Source: Ostreococcus lucimarinus (Eukaryota). From it: a stretch of DNA of 64,000 nt. The stretch lies in the NCBI GenBank assembly GCA_000092065.1, contig CP000581.1; one strand, given 5' to 3'. Below are positions 9,470 through 19,351 of this stretch, piece by piece. A program made the position numbers and the translations under genes. The stretch's first letter is position 1. Each line of letters begins with the position of its first letter. The notes beneath the pieces were generated by a model. That model was not told where the DNA came from. It was given only the letters and a program-made list of their open reading frames with translations, and searched no databases.

Positions 9470-11215
9470 ATGGAGCTTGCATCGCGCGACACCGCGCGAT
9501 CGACACTGACGCGCGCGTTACCATTCGACGTATTCGACGCCGACACCGACGCACCGTCGTGCAGCGACACCGACGCCACGAACGGCTTGGCTGCGACGAA
9601 CAAACCGTTGAATCGCAGCGACGAAGACGCCGTCGTTGAGCTTCGGGCGATCGATGCAGCGCTCCGTGCGGCGCTGCACCGCGCACCACGAACGATGAAT
9701 GAAGTTGTGACGAAAGGGGCGACGCTGGATCTGTGTGCGGACCTCATAGAGCGCGAGGATGAGGCGATGCGCGCGGCGGGAGCAGGACGTCGTCGAGCGA
9801 CAAGCTCGAGCGAAACCGAACGCGAGGAAGACGTGCCATGGGGCACACCGACGAAGGCGGCGGTGGAACGATTTGCAGAAGAGCTGGAGGTGGTTCTCAA
9901 AGAGAAGGAGAACGCGGTGATTGGACTTGAGAAGACTTTGGCATCGAAGCGCGAAGCGACGCTTGCATTTGAGCAGCAAAGAGCGCGGGCAGCGCAGAGC
10001 GAAAAAGCGCTGCACTTCGCCGAAGGCGAGATTGTGAGACTATCGAAGAAGGTGAATGAGCTCTCCAAAGTTTTGGAAGGCTCGAGGGCAGAGTCCGCCC
10101 AACGTTGGGAAAAATTAAAGAAGGTAGAGAAGCGACTTGCGGAGGCGCAAGCCAAGGACGAGGAAAATCTGCGTGCGCTTGCGATGCTTCGAAAAGATTT
10201 GCAAACTGAGCGTCAAATGAACAAGTCAAAAGAAGCCGAGATATCTCGACTGCGCGATGCGTTCCGAGATGTCAGCAACGGTAAAAAGATTGAAAACGTG
10301 GGTGATGAGCAGAATTTGAAGCGAATTCAAGACCTGGAAGAAAAGATTGTTCAGTTGGCTGTTTCCGTATCAAAGCAGTCTTCTGCATCTTCAGTACCAC
10401 GACGTTCGAACGAGCGCGAGTTGAATTTGTTAGTCCACGAGCTCGCTAAAGAAGAGTTGAAATCCAGAGCTCGAGCGGACGCCGCTGAGCAACTCGTTAC
10501 TACGATGCGAGCAGAGTTAGATTCAAAGACGGTCGAAGTTATCACGCTGCGTCAGCACATCAATACTCTTGATCAAAAACATCCCGTTAGAACCATCTCA
10601 CGCGGGTCCTTAGACTCACCGCGATCGGTGTCAGTTTCTCTAGAAGAGATTGATCAGAACCTTCAACGAAGTTGCGATCGCGCCGAACAGCTTTGCCAAC
10701 GTCTTTCAACGGTGATGTCTTCTGGTGGAGCATCAACGGGTGGATATTCTCAGAGAATGATGGAAACCCCTCTTAGTGTGTCGAGCGATCGTTCAGAGGA
10801 CAAGATTCGCGAGCTTCAAGAAGCGCTTGATGATCAATCTCAGCGTCGAGACGAGGCTGAGAAACTGGCAGCCAAGGCGGCGAGTGATGCATCAGCCTTG
10901 CGAGATTTGATCACCGCAGAACGCATAGCATCTGCTGCTGCAATGATGGCTGAGTCGAGGGGCTTGACAGGAGCGTATGTCGCGCGAGGAAATACGCACA
11001 ATATGTCTCCATCAACTTCTGATGTCACATCGACACCGAGCCGTAGTCCTCGACCGTTTCAACACACACCACGAACGACGTCGTCGATCTTCGGAGGTGC
11101 TCCCGTAGGCCTTTCAAAAGAGTTGGAAGAAGCGCGGCGCACCGCTAATAAAGAGCGTAAGCGCGCGGAAGTGGCCGAGGAGACAATATCTCGATGGAGC
11201 CGTCTCGCAGATTAG
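9470..11215 (+). CDS. Hypothetical coiled-coil protein
   Basis: 581-aa ORF with long heptad-like E/K/R/L/A stretches and S/T/P-rich C-terminus; overlapping minus-strand ORFs are Ser/Ala/Arg low-complexity antisense. No recognisable catalytic domain. Confidence 0.45.
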   Translation: MELASRDTARSTLTRALPFDVFDADTDAPSCSDTDATNGLAATNKPLNRSDEDAVVELRAIDAALRAALHRAPRTMNEVVTKGATLDLCADLIEREDEAMRAAGAGRRRATSSSETEREEDVPWGTPTKAAVERFAEELEVVLKEKENAVIGLEKTLASKREATLAFEQQRARAAQSEKALHFAEGEIVRLSKKVNELSKVLEGSRAESAQRWEKLKKVEKRLAEAQAKDEENLRALAMLRKDLQTERQMNKSKEAEISRLRDAFRDVSNGKKIENVGDEQNLKRIQDLEEKIVQLAVSVSKQSSASSVPRRSNERELNLLVHELAKEELKSRARADAAEQLVTTMRAELDSKTVEVITLRQHINTLDQKHPVRTISRGSLDSPRSVSVSLEEIDQNLQRSCDRAEQLCQRLSTVMSSGGASTGGYSQRMMETPLSVSSDRSEDKIRELQEALDDQSQRRDEAEKLAAKAASDASALRDLITAERIASAAAMMAESRGLTGAYVARGNTHNMSPSTSDVTSTPSRSPRPFQHTPRTTSSIFGGAPVGLSKELEEARRTANKERKRAEVAEETISRWSRLAD

Positions 11216-11243
11216 AGTAGCTGAATAGAATTCAATTTGTATA

Positions 11244-11705
11244 TCAACACGCTAGCTTAGTCCATCGCACTTTGCCAAACTTGACGAGTTTAATCACCAA
11301 CTCACTTACTTCGTCTTCCTTGACGAAGCACTCACACTGCTCTGGAAGGATGGTTAGCGGGAGCTCGGCGACGGCGAAGCGATACGATCTTGCTGTCGCA
11401 GCAAGCTCGATGGAGAAACTTTGCGATCCGAATTTGCGATCAACTATTCTAAATGACGAACTTTCCTTTGGTAGTTGAACAAACACGTGCGCAAAACGCT
11501 CGTCGTCGTACCAGACGTACTCGTGCAAACTGATGGCGTCCTTTGCTGTGCCCGTTGCACGGATCCGAACGTCTTCACGAGAGACCACCGGTGGTTCAAA
11601 CGTCCTCCCTTGAATCCTGAGGTGATCTTCCCGTCGTTTACTAATCACTGGCTCCTCCTCGGAATCCGATAAAGACGACGCGAGGGCGTCCCACTTCGCA
11701 TACAT
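11244..11705 (-). CDS. CS/p23-like (HSP20-like co-chaperone fold) domain protein, hypothetical
   Basis: HEYVWYDDERFAHVFVQL...SFSIELAAT...RFAVAELPLTILPEQCECFVKEDEVSELVIKLVK fits the CS-domain beta-sandwich pattern; N-terminus MYAKWDALASSLSDSEEE is acidic. Assignment tentative. Confidence 0.35.
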   Translation of the reverse strand: MYAKWDALASSLSDSEEEPVISKRREDHLRIQGRTFEPPVVSREDVRIRATGTAKDAISLHEYVWYDDERFAHVFVQLPKESSSFRIVDRKFGSQSFSIELAATARSYRFAVAELPLTILPEQCECFVKEDEVSELVIKLVKFGKVRWTKLAC

Positions 11706-11767
11706 ATTGCCTGCGCCTGAAAATGAAGCGACAGGATGGGTGTGCCACTCTCACAACTCCAATCGCG

Positions 11768-12355
11768 TTAGTAAGAGTCATATGCCAAGACATCTTCATA
11801 GTCATACGGGTTCCCACTCATCGACAGCTTTTCCGTCGTTCCTCGTCCCTTGAAAGCCTTTAACTTGAGAGGCAGCGGTTGGGACGCGCCGACTGTGAGT
11901 TCCAATCGAGCATCGTTCTCTCCCGGCTGCAACTCTTTGATGCTGCCAATTCTACCAGAGTTCAACACGTCGTCATTTGCCTGGTCTTTCACCGATCCGA
12001 ACACATCGGCGTTGTACACGACATCCTTCGTTGGGTTAAGCGCTTTGAAACTCAACAGAATACACTTCGCCTTGTATGTCCCTGATCCGGGAACGCCTCC
12101 CGCCATCCCGCATGACGATTGTTCAATCGTACTCGCATCGATCGCGATCTCCACCGGTTTGGCTTGCACCAAACTCGCACCGAGCATCGTCGCGAGCGCG
12201 GTCGCGGCGGCGATCGACTTGGCGGAGTTGGACACGCGTCCATAGGATATGGCGTCAACTTTGACGCATCGCGACGTCACGCGAGCGCTGTTGGCGCGGG
12301 TGGGAGTCCTAAAGAGGCTCACGCGTGCGTGCGTGGAGACACACGAGTTCGTCAT
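11768..12355 (-). CDS. Hypothetical protein with bipartite chloroplast transit / thylakoid-lumen-type presequence
   Basis: N-terminus MTNSCVSTHARVSLFRTPTRANSARVTSRC (S/T/R-rich) followed by hydrophobic AAATALATMLGASLVQA (AxA-type lumen signal). Mature part not recognised. Confidence 0.35.
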   Translation of the reverse strand: MTNSCVSTHARVSLFRTPTRANSARVTSRCVKVDAISYGRVSNSAKSIAAATALATMLGASLVQAKPVEIAIDASTIEQSSCGMAGGVPGSGTYKAKCILLSFKALNPTKDVVYNADVFGSVKDQANDDVLNSGRIGSIKELQPGENDARLELTVGASQPLPLKLKAFKGRGTTEKLSMSGNPYDYEDVLAYDSY

Positions 12356-12417
12356 CGTCTCGCGCGCGAACGTTTGAAGTTTTGGCTGTTCGGTGGTTTG
12401 CTACAAGAAATGCTGCA

Positions 12418-13405
12418 CTAGTTCGAGGGAACGGCTTCGGGTTCGACGGTGGGCGCGGAAGCGTCTTGGACTTGCGTAAGATCGACATTGACTTCAGGTT
12501 CGCCCACCTTGGCCGTCGCCTTTGCCTCCGCCGTGACCGCCTTCACCTTGTTCGTCGCCTGACTCAAGCCTTCGCCGATGGTCGTCGTGGCGCTACTTAT
12601 CACCTTGCTCTCCATCGCCTTGTTCATCGCCATGCCAGCAGCGTCTCGTCCGATCCCCACCACAGCGTTCGTCGTCGCAGTTATCTTCAGCGACTTGTCA
12701 ATCTCTGCGACCTGCGCCGACGCGGTGGTTGACAGTTTCTTGACGCCCGTCGACAAACCAGCCTTTTCATCAAATTTCTTCATGCTGGACGATATTTGTA
12801 ATTTCTCATCCATAGCCTTGATATTTTCTTTCGTCTTAGCCGTGATTTGATTTCTCTCGTCGAAATCCTTCACCGCCGCCATGGCTTGCTTGCCAGCGAG
12901 AAGCGTCTTGCCTAAAAATCCAGCGAACTTGGATTCAAAGCTGTTCAGCGTCGTGCCCTCGTTCGCGACGTCGTCCGAAACCGGGTACGCGCACTCCGCG
13001 ATGTTCAACGGATGATTGAGTAACAAACATCCGTTTAATAGCACCGCCGCGCTCACCGCCTCCTTGTGCGTGAACTCGATCACGGCTTTGCGTCCGCTCT
13101 TCGTGGCGACGTTGAAGATGCGCACGCGCTCAATCTCCCCTGCCGTGCTGAAGAATTCCCTCAAATTAGACTCTTCCGCGCTTGGAGCGACGTTTGTGAC
13201 CTGTGTGATGCACGATCGAGCGTGTGCGCGTCAGTAATCACGCGCGAGGCGAGAGATCTCGAACGAAATCTTATTTCAACGTGCCCAGTCGGAGAGGCGA
13301 GAATCGTGCCGTTGGGAGCGAAACTGCGCGTACGGCGCGTGACGATCGCGAGCAAAGACGCCGCGCATCGCGTTTCGTCCGCTGACGCACCGTAATGGCT
13401 GACAT
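12418..13405 (-). CDS. RRM-domain RNA-binding protein with LEA/apolipoprotein-like K/A/T-rich repeat tail; join(complement(13391..13405),complement(12418..13200))
   Basis: Exon 2 frame extends upstream of the TTG-started ORF as VTNVAPSAEESNLREFFSTAGEIERVRIFNVATKSGRKAVIEFTHKEAVSAAVLLNG (RRM). A 5-codon exon ATGTCAGCCATTACG (MSAIT) spliced via GTGCGT...TACTGAC...CACAG gives RNP2-like ITVTNV. Tail has repeated KxxxAxxK motifs. Confidence 0.55.
13201..13390 (-). other. intron (RRM gene), 190 nt
   Basis: Donor GTGCGT immediately after ATGTCAGCCATTACG; branch GATTACTGACGCG about 30 nt upstream of acceptor CACACAG|GTC; phase 0. Confidence 0.55.
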
Positions 13406-13484
13406 AGTGTCGATGACTTGCGTCGGGTTGTGTTGAGATGTTACAGTGAGTGACAGGTGGTGTGGCTGGGTGAGTGCTCCATAA

Positions 13485-15551
13485 CTAATCGTCCCGGGAG
13501 GACGTACCGCTTAGGGCGGCAGCTTTTAGAGTCTCTATATCTATGGGTATTGCGCTCGTTGACGAAGAAGCGCCGGTGAGCTCGTCGAGGACTTGCGTGA
13601 TAGCGGCTTTGACAACGGTGCGGCGTTCAGGTTCAAGGCCTTCGCAGGCCTCGAGCGCAGCGCCAAGAGAGCGACCTGTGATGGCGACGACTTTACCTCG
13701 AGTCTGCGCCACTAATAAAGGAACGACAATCAACAAAGCTTTTGAGATGTCTGTCGCGGCGCGAAGCTGCTCTTCGAGGCCTTTCTTGTGCACGTGCAGC
13801 ATCGAGCGTTCCGTTTTTTTATTCGGCGCCGGAAGGCGGACTCCAAATAATTCGCAAAGTCTTCCTAGGGAATCCATGACGTCCATGGGTGATTTCTCAC
13901 GACGGATTGCGTCGATTAAGTCGCGACCTAAAGCTTTCGCTTTGTTGCCATCCGAAAAACTTTCCACGATGAATGCACGAAGCTTTTCTGTCAAAGGCGC
14001 TGCGCTATCGCCCTCATCGAAACTCTTTTCGGCTTTCGATCGTAAAAATGCGTCCGCACATGGCACGGCGTATCTTCTGCATGTGTATGTCATGGCGTGT
14101 GAGTCGTGCGACAACACCTCTGCGGTTCCCTTGGAGCATAACAATGCCGTCGGGTACGACGCCAGGAATATCTTCTTTGCCGCGTCGCAAGACATTCTGA
14201 GCTTATCGCCGTGACTCGCTATCGCGAATGAAATGCGTTCTTTAAATGCCAATACTGCCGCAACTTTATGCACTCGCACCAGTTCTTGAATCAAGTCGGC
14301 TTCCACGCCCGGAACGGCGCGTTTGACGGCTGCGATGACGTCTGAATCTCCGACCGAATTTGCCACGAGGAATTCACGCAGCGTGGCAACATCCTTCTTC
14401 TCGTTCTCGCGTATGGCTTTTTCAGCAGCCAATTCCCCGAAGCGTTTAATCGCATCTGTGCACTTTTTGATGAAGGATTTCGTAACCACGTACTCCCTGC
14501 CAAACTCGACATGCTTCTGCAACACACTCGTCTGGGCGAGCGTCTCGGCACAACTTGTCAAGCCTTCCGGTAAGACGTCCGGCGTGTAACAATAGCCATC
14601 TTCGTCGAGCGCTTCTGAGACGGCAGTTTCGAACTGATCTAGAACTCTTTTAGCGACGAAACACGCCGGCGATCCGAACTCCAAGTGTGACTCGTCCGCT
14701 TCTGAGAGAATTTTCTTTGCTTGCTTTGCATCAAAACCGACGCGTGCCGCGGCGTCGACGCTCACAACGCCCATTTGTGCAAACATCTCCAAAAGCTTCT
14801 TGCGCTGACGATCCAAGTGCGCCGCTGGGTACCAAACGCCTCCAGACATCTCACCACTGAGTCTCACCGCTTTCGACTTGATAACTTCGCTCAATACGCT
14901 TCCCACAAGCTGCGCTCTGGCCTCCTCGCCGAGCGCCTCGCGGAGCAGAGCGTCGCGAGAAGTTGGCACCGCACACGCCATCAAAGTCTCACGCACGCGC
15001 GATGTGAGTTTCGCGACGTACTCGGAGGTGTAAACTAAACTTCCGTCCATCTTAACGTCCGACGCGCCGACGACGCGTTCGCGCAAAACTTTCACCACCA
15101 AGTCGGCACCGAGCGAAAACTTACGCGCGACGTCCGAAACAGTCGCCGTTCCGTTTTCGCGCAAAATCTCCTGCGTCTCCCTCGCGACGTCGTCAAAGTA
15201 TCCATCCGTCATGAGTTCCCCCTCCAAGAACCGCGCGCCGCTCGACGCGTTTTCTCGAGCCAAAGCCTTGGCCGCGCGTTCGCACGTCGACGCGTCCACC
15301 CCGAGCGCCGTCGACAACGCCACCACTCCAACGCGCCCTCCGCATCGCTCCACCTCTCGCATCACCTCTTCCCGCACCCTCTCCGTCGTCACGTACGCCT
15401 TCCCATCACCCGCGCGCGTCAAAGATTCGTTCGCCACGACCCCCAGCTCGCGCATCTTCGCGACGAGCGCGACGGCGTGCGCGTCTCGCCACGCGAACGC
15501 CGCGCGTCCCCCCTGTGCGTCCCTCGCGCGAGATTCCTCGACATCTCCCAT
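13485..15551 (-). CDS. UFL1: E3 UFM1-protein ligase 1 (UFL1) homologue
   Basis: From internal ATG: MGDVEESRARDAQGGRAAFAWRDAHAVALVAKMRELGVVA...EVMREVERCGGRVGVVALSTALGVDASTCERAAKAL aligns with the UFL1 N-terminal winged-helix region (MADAWEEIRRL...[25 protein letters not shown]...). The first 246 codons of the GTG-started ORF are Arg/Pro-rich antisense read-through. Confidence 0.65.
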   Translation of the reverse strand: MGDVEESRARDAQGGRAAFAWRDAHAVALVAKMRELGVVANESLTRAGDGKAYVTTERVREEVMREVERCGGRVGVVALSTALGVDASTCERAAKALARENASSGARFLEGELMTDGYFDDVARETQEILRENGTATVSDVARKFSLGADLVVKVLRERVVGASDVKMDGSLVYTSEYVAKLTSRVRETLMACAVPTSRDALLREALGEEARAQLVGSVLSEVIKSKAVRLSGEMSGGVWYPAAHLDRQRKKLLEMFAQMGVVSVDAAARVGFDAKQAKKILSEADESHLEFGSPACFVAKRVLDQFETAVSEALDEDGYCYTPDVLPEGLTSCAETLAQTSVLQKHVEFGREYVVTKSFIKKCTDAIKRFGELAAEKAIRENEKKDVATLREFLVANSVGDSDVIAAVKRAVPGVEADLIQELVRVHKVAAVLAFKERISFAIASHGDKLRMSCDAAKKIFLASYPTALLCSKGTAEVLSHDSHAMTYTCRRYAVPCADAFLRSKAEKSFDEGDSAAPLTEKLRAFIVESFSDGNKAKALGRDLIDAIRREKSPMDVMDSLGRLCELFGVRLPAPNKKTERSMLHVHKKGLEEQLRAATDISKALLIVVPLLVAQTRGKVVAITGRSLGAALEACEGLEPERRTVVKAAITQVLDELTGASSSTSAIPIDIETLKAAALSGTSSRDD

Positions 15552-16024
15552 CACGCGCGACGCGCGCGCGACGTCGCGCGCCCCGCAATCGCCCCATCGC
15601 CGGGCGCCGGTCGCCGTCGCGATCGCGCCCGTTCGTCTTCTTTTTTCTCGAACGCGCGCGAAAACGCGTAAAAAAACGCCGATTCCCGTCGCGCGCCTTT
15701 CGGATTTCGCGACGACGGTTCGCGACTCAAATGCGACCCCCTCCCCGCGCGGGGTCCGCGATCGCGCGCGACGCGGCCCTTTCGCGCGCGTGCCGCGACG
15801 CCGCTGATGGGGGCTGGCGTCGCGGGAGAACACCGCGCGCGGTGGTGCGCGTCGTCGGCGCGCGCGGATCGCCCGTCGAGCGCGCGCGCGGTCGTCTCTT
15901 GCGTCGCGTCGCGCGTCGCGCGTATTTCGCGTCGCGACGCGCGCGCGGGCGACGCGCGATCGCGGCGACGATCGAGCGATCGTCGCGAATTCGCGCGCGA
16001 AAACTTTGCGCGATCGCGCGCGCG

Positions 16025-17788
16025 ATGGTGACGCCGGTGACGGGGCAAACGGCGCGTGCGGTGGATGAGAGCGAGGAGAACGAGGTCGTTGACGCCGCGC
16101 GCGGTGATGCGCGCGAACGCGCGGCGGCGTTTCGACGAGACGTCGAGATGCGATGCGACGCCGTGCGACGGGACGCGGAAGCCGCGAGCGCGGAGCAGGA
16201 GGAGTTGCGAGCGAAATTGGCGACGACGACCACGGAGAACGCGAGTGTGAGAGAGAGCGAGACGGACACGAAGATTTTGAAGACACCACCGGCGACGCCG
16301 AGCGATTGCGTGCATCTTTCGTTGAATGCGTGCGATTTCAACGTGAGCGCAGACGCGGAGGAGCTCGTCAAGGCGTTGTTGAAGAGTCAACGCGAACGGG
16401 AGAGTTTCGTCGAAGTGGCGCAGGAGACGGGCGCGGCGCGCTCGAAGGGATCTTCGAATAGAAGTGGGCACTCAACTCCGGACGATATCAACTATGGATT
16501 TCACAAAGCGCAGTTGCGCGATGAGTTGGAGAAGATTCGGCGTCAAGTGCTCGAGGAGACGCTCACGCTCGAAGGGCTTCGTCGGGAAACGGCTGAGTTA
16601 CGAACGACGCGCGCGGCGACGTCGAGCGATGAGGCCGTGGTGAAAGACAAGCTCACCAAGACTCGCACGCAGTTGACGCTCCTCGAAAACGAGCAAGCGC
16701 AATTGACGGAGGACCTGGAGTACCAGCACAAGAGTTCCGCGGCGGTGCGCAAGGCGTGTCAGGATGAAGAGCACAGGTTGAGAAAACAGATTGATGAACT
16801 GAGGAAAGAGGCCGCGGATGAGGAGGAACGCGCGATGCAGTTGAAGTCCGATACTTGTATCACCGTGGAAATTCTCGAAGAGCACGAACAGTACATCGAG
16901 AAGGTTAAGGGAAAGTTGGAAGGATTAGAAGCCGAAGTCGAATCAAAGACGAAGCTCTTGAGAGAGCTCGACTGCGATCAAGGTTCGATTGAAGAGGAGT
17001 TGGAAGCGTTGCGGACAAAGCTTAAGGAAGAAAGTGAACTAGGTGACAGATTACGGGCGAAAGAAGCGGAAGATAGAGCGAATGCGCAACGCGCGTTGGA
17101 AGCCATCAAGACTGAGGCTGAAAAACTTAAAGAGGACAAGCGCAGTTACGAAGCCGACATCGAGCGATCACAAGAGGCACTCGCCGAGGCTGTGCACCTA
17201 TTGCAAGTTGCAAAGGATACGGCGGAGCAAGAAATGTCATGGACTGCGAACCCGCTTCGAACACCACCACCGTACCGTCAAGTTGGACATTCTTATGTGT
17301 ATGACAGCGCGCAAAATTCACCGTTGGAAGCCCCGATGCAGGGTGTTCGTTTGTTCGACGACAGCCCGATGATGAAAGTCTCGGCAGAGGACAAAGCGTA
17401 CCATCGTCTGATGATCATGGAAAAAGCGGCAAAAGATGCCGAAGCTCGCAGAATGGCAGCTGAATCCGGCGCCCACACCGCTGAAGTACGCCTGCGAAGA
17501 ATGGTTGAATTTGTCAACCGCCTCGGGCCCTCCGCGACGTCTTCACCATCTCGACCACGCTCACCGCAATCGGGAGACTATGCCATCTATCGTCGGGACT
17601 CTCCGACGAACTCCGTCATAGATTCTCTCGATTCTCTTCGGTTGCAGCTCGCTTCGGCGGTCAAGCAAAAATCTCGAGCGGGACTTGACAAAGTCTCGCG
17701 ACGCCGCGAGAGCGCGCCTCGAGAAGAGCTTCACTTTAAGCTCAATCAACTCATAGATGAGATTGGGAAGACACGTAAGCACTACTAG
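16025..17788 (+). CDS. Hypothetical coiled-coil protein (divergently transcribed from UFL1)
   Basis: Start at ATGGTGACGCCGGTGACGGGG (MVTPVTGQ); the first 170 codons of ORF 15515..17788 are Arg-rich and overlap the UFL1 5' end. Long E/L/K/R heptad regions; no catalytic domain recognised. Confidence 0.45.
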   Translation: MVTPVTGQTARAVDESEENEVVDAARGDARERAAAFRRDVEMRCDAVRRDAEAASAEQEELRAKLATTTTENASVRESETDTKILKTPPATPSDCVHLSLNACDFNVSADAEELVKALLKSQRERESFVEVAQETGAARSKGSSNRSGHSTPDDINYGFHKAQLRDELEKIRRQVLEETLTLEGLRRETAELRTTRAATSSDEAVVKDKLTKTRTQLTLLENEQAQLTEDLEYQHKSSAAVRKACQDEEHRLRKQIDELRKEAADEEERAMQLKSDTCITVEILEEHEQYIEKVKGKLEGLEAEVESKTKLLRELDCDQGSIEEELEALRTKLKEESELGDRLRAKEAEDRANAQRALEAIKTEAEKLKEDKRSYEADIERSQEALAEAVHLLQVAKDTAEQEMSWTANPLRTPPPYRQVGHSYVYDSAQNSPLEAPMQGVRLFDDSPMMKVSAEDKAYHRLMIMEKAAKDAEARRMAAESGAHTAEVRLRRMVEFVNRLGPSATSSPSRPRSPQSGDYAIYRRDSPTNSVIDSLDSLRLQLASAVKQKSRAGLDKVSRRRESAPREELHFKLNQLIDEIGKTRKHY

Positions 17789-17932
17789 TTGTTGTTAATT
17801 TAATTAGCGCGATTAACAAAAGCGACACGGATCGATATGCGTCCTCCGTCGCTGCGAGTCGGTTCGTCGCGAGCGAGCGTCCGCCGCACGGGCTGCCGCA
17901 CTCGTCCGCGCGCGCGGCAGCCCGTGCGCGAG

Positions 17933-19216
17933 ATGGGCGCGCGTCGAAGGAACGATATGAACATGGCGTTCGTGTGCGCCGTCATCCTTCGCCTCGTCCT
18001 CATCGCTTGGAGCGCGTATCAAGACGCAAACTTTGACGTCAAGTATACCGACATTGACTACTTCGTCTACACCGACGCCGCGCGTCATGTCGTCCGCGGC
18101 GGATCGCCGTATGAACGAGCAACGTATCGATATCCACCGCTATTGGCCGTCTTACTCGCGCCGAACGTGTTGGTGCACGAAATGTGGGGGAAAGTGTTCT
18201 TCAGCACGTTGGACATCGCGGTGGGCGGTTTGATTTTGAAAATCGGTCGGCGACGCGGTATGAACGCGCGAGAGCTCAAATATGCTTTGTGGTGTTGGTT
18301 ATTTAATCCGTTCACGTGCGCGATAAGCACGAGGGGAAGCTGCGAGGCATTGACGGGAGTGTTGATGCTGTTGACGGTTGAGGCTCTCACCGCGGGCGCA
18401 ACGACAAGGGCCGCAATCGCGTACGGATTCGTCGTTCACATGAGGCTGTATCCAATCATACACGCATTGATGTTCGTTGCGTTTCTTAATAAGGATTACA
18501 TGGGCAATCGCGCTTTGTTCGGTAAGCGAGGATCCAAAGCGCTTTCGTGGGTGACGGTAGAAAACGTCAAGTTTGCCGTGGTTTCGTCGGCGACATTTTT
18601 CGCGCTAACGGCTGGTTCGTACGCCGTGTATGGCATGGATTACATCGATGAGGCAATTCTGTATCACGCGCAAAGAAAAGACCATCGTCACAACTTCTCA
18701 CCGGCGTTTTACGGGATATATCTGAGCATTCATCCGACGACGGACGCTCCAGACTTGAACGGTTCAGCAATCGTTCAAACCGCCGATCGGTTGGCTATGA
18801 GTCCGTTGCCCATGCTTACAGTCGTTCTATCACTTGGGTTTGCGTTTGCTAGCGACATGCCTTTCGCACTTTTTGTGCAGACACTCGCGTTTGTAGCTTT
18901 CAACAAGGTGTGCACGGCGCAATACTTTGTTTGGTGGTTCATGCTCTTGCCACTCGTTTTACCATCGCTGATGCGAAGTGCGAATCGAAAACGTGTGGTG
19001 TTCGCCACGCTGATTTGGCTCATCGCCCAGTTACACTGGCTGGCTTGGGCGTACGCCCTCGAATTCAAAGGGGCGCAAGTATTTGAGAGCGTGTGGTTGG
19101 CGTCCATCGCGTTCTTCGGCGCAAACATTTGGCTCTTGTTGAACATCATCGCAGCGTATGCGCACGCACCGATATTTTCCAGAGGTCGCTTGCAGAAGTT
19201 TTCAAAAGTAGAATAG
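17933..19216 (+). CDS. PIGM: GPI mannosyltransferase I (PIG-M)
   Basis: DIDYFVYTDAARHVVRGGSPYERATYRYPPLLAVLLAPN matches the PIG-M signature (DxDYWVFTDAAR...SPYER.TYRYTPLLAWLL); multiple TM helices. Start chosen at MGARRRNDMNMAF; alternative ATGs at 17957/17963. Confidence 0.7.
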   Translation: MGARRRNDMNMAFVCAVILRLVLIAWSAYQDANFDVKYTDIDYFVYTDAARHVVRGGSPYERATYRYPPLLAVLLAPNVLVHEMWGKVFFSTLDIAVGGLILKIGRRRGMNARELKYALWCWLFNPFTCAISTRGSCEALTGVLMLLTVEALTAGATTRAAIAYGFVVHMRLYPIIHALMFVAFLNKDYMGNRALFGKRGSKALSWVTVENVKFAVVSSATFFALTAGSYAVYGMDYIDEAILYHAQRKDHRHNFSPAFYGIYLSIHPTTDAPDLNGSAIVQTADRLAMSPLPMLTVVLSLGFAFASDMPFALFVQTLAFVAFNKVCTAQYFVWWFMLLPLVLPSLMRSANRKRVVFATLIWLIAQLHWLAWAYALEFKGAQVFESVWLASIAFFGANIWLLLNIIAAYAHAPIFSRGRLQKFSKVE

Positions 19217-19351
19217 TTCCTTAGCTCCCGATAGCTCTAGCGTTCTCATGATGATTCAATTCATCACCGTTGCCGAAACCTCAAACGAGGTCATTTCGGG
19301 AGAGGCTGACCGCATAATCGTTCGCGCAGCGTCTTCACGAACACTTACGCC

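Noticed and set aside
11706-11790. TACTAAC overlapping the stop of the 11768..12355 gene, followed by TTTTCAG just upstream of the CS-domain gene ATG. Could the two minus-strand ORFs be one spliced gene?
   Set aside because: No acceptable GTRCGY/GTAAGT donor in the last 150 nt of the upstream ORF; frames do not connect; treated as two genes 62 nt apart.
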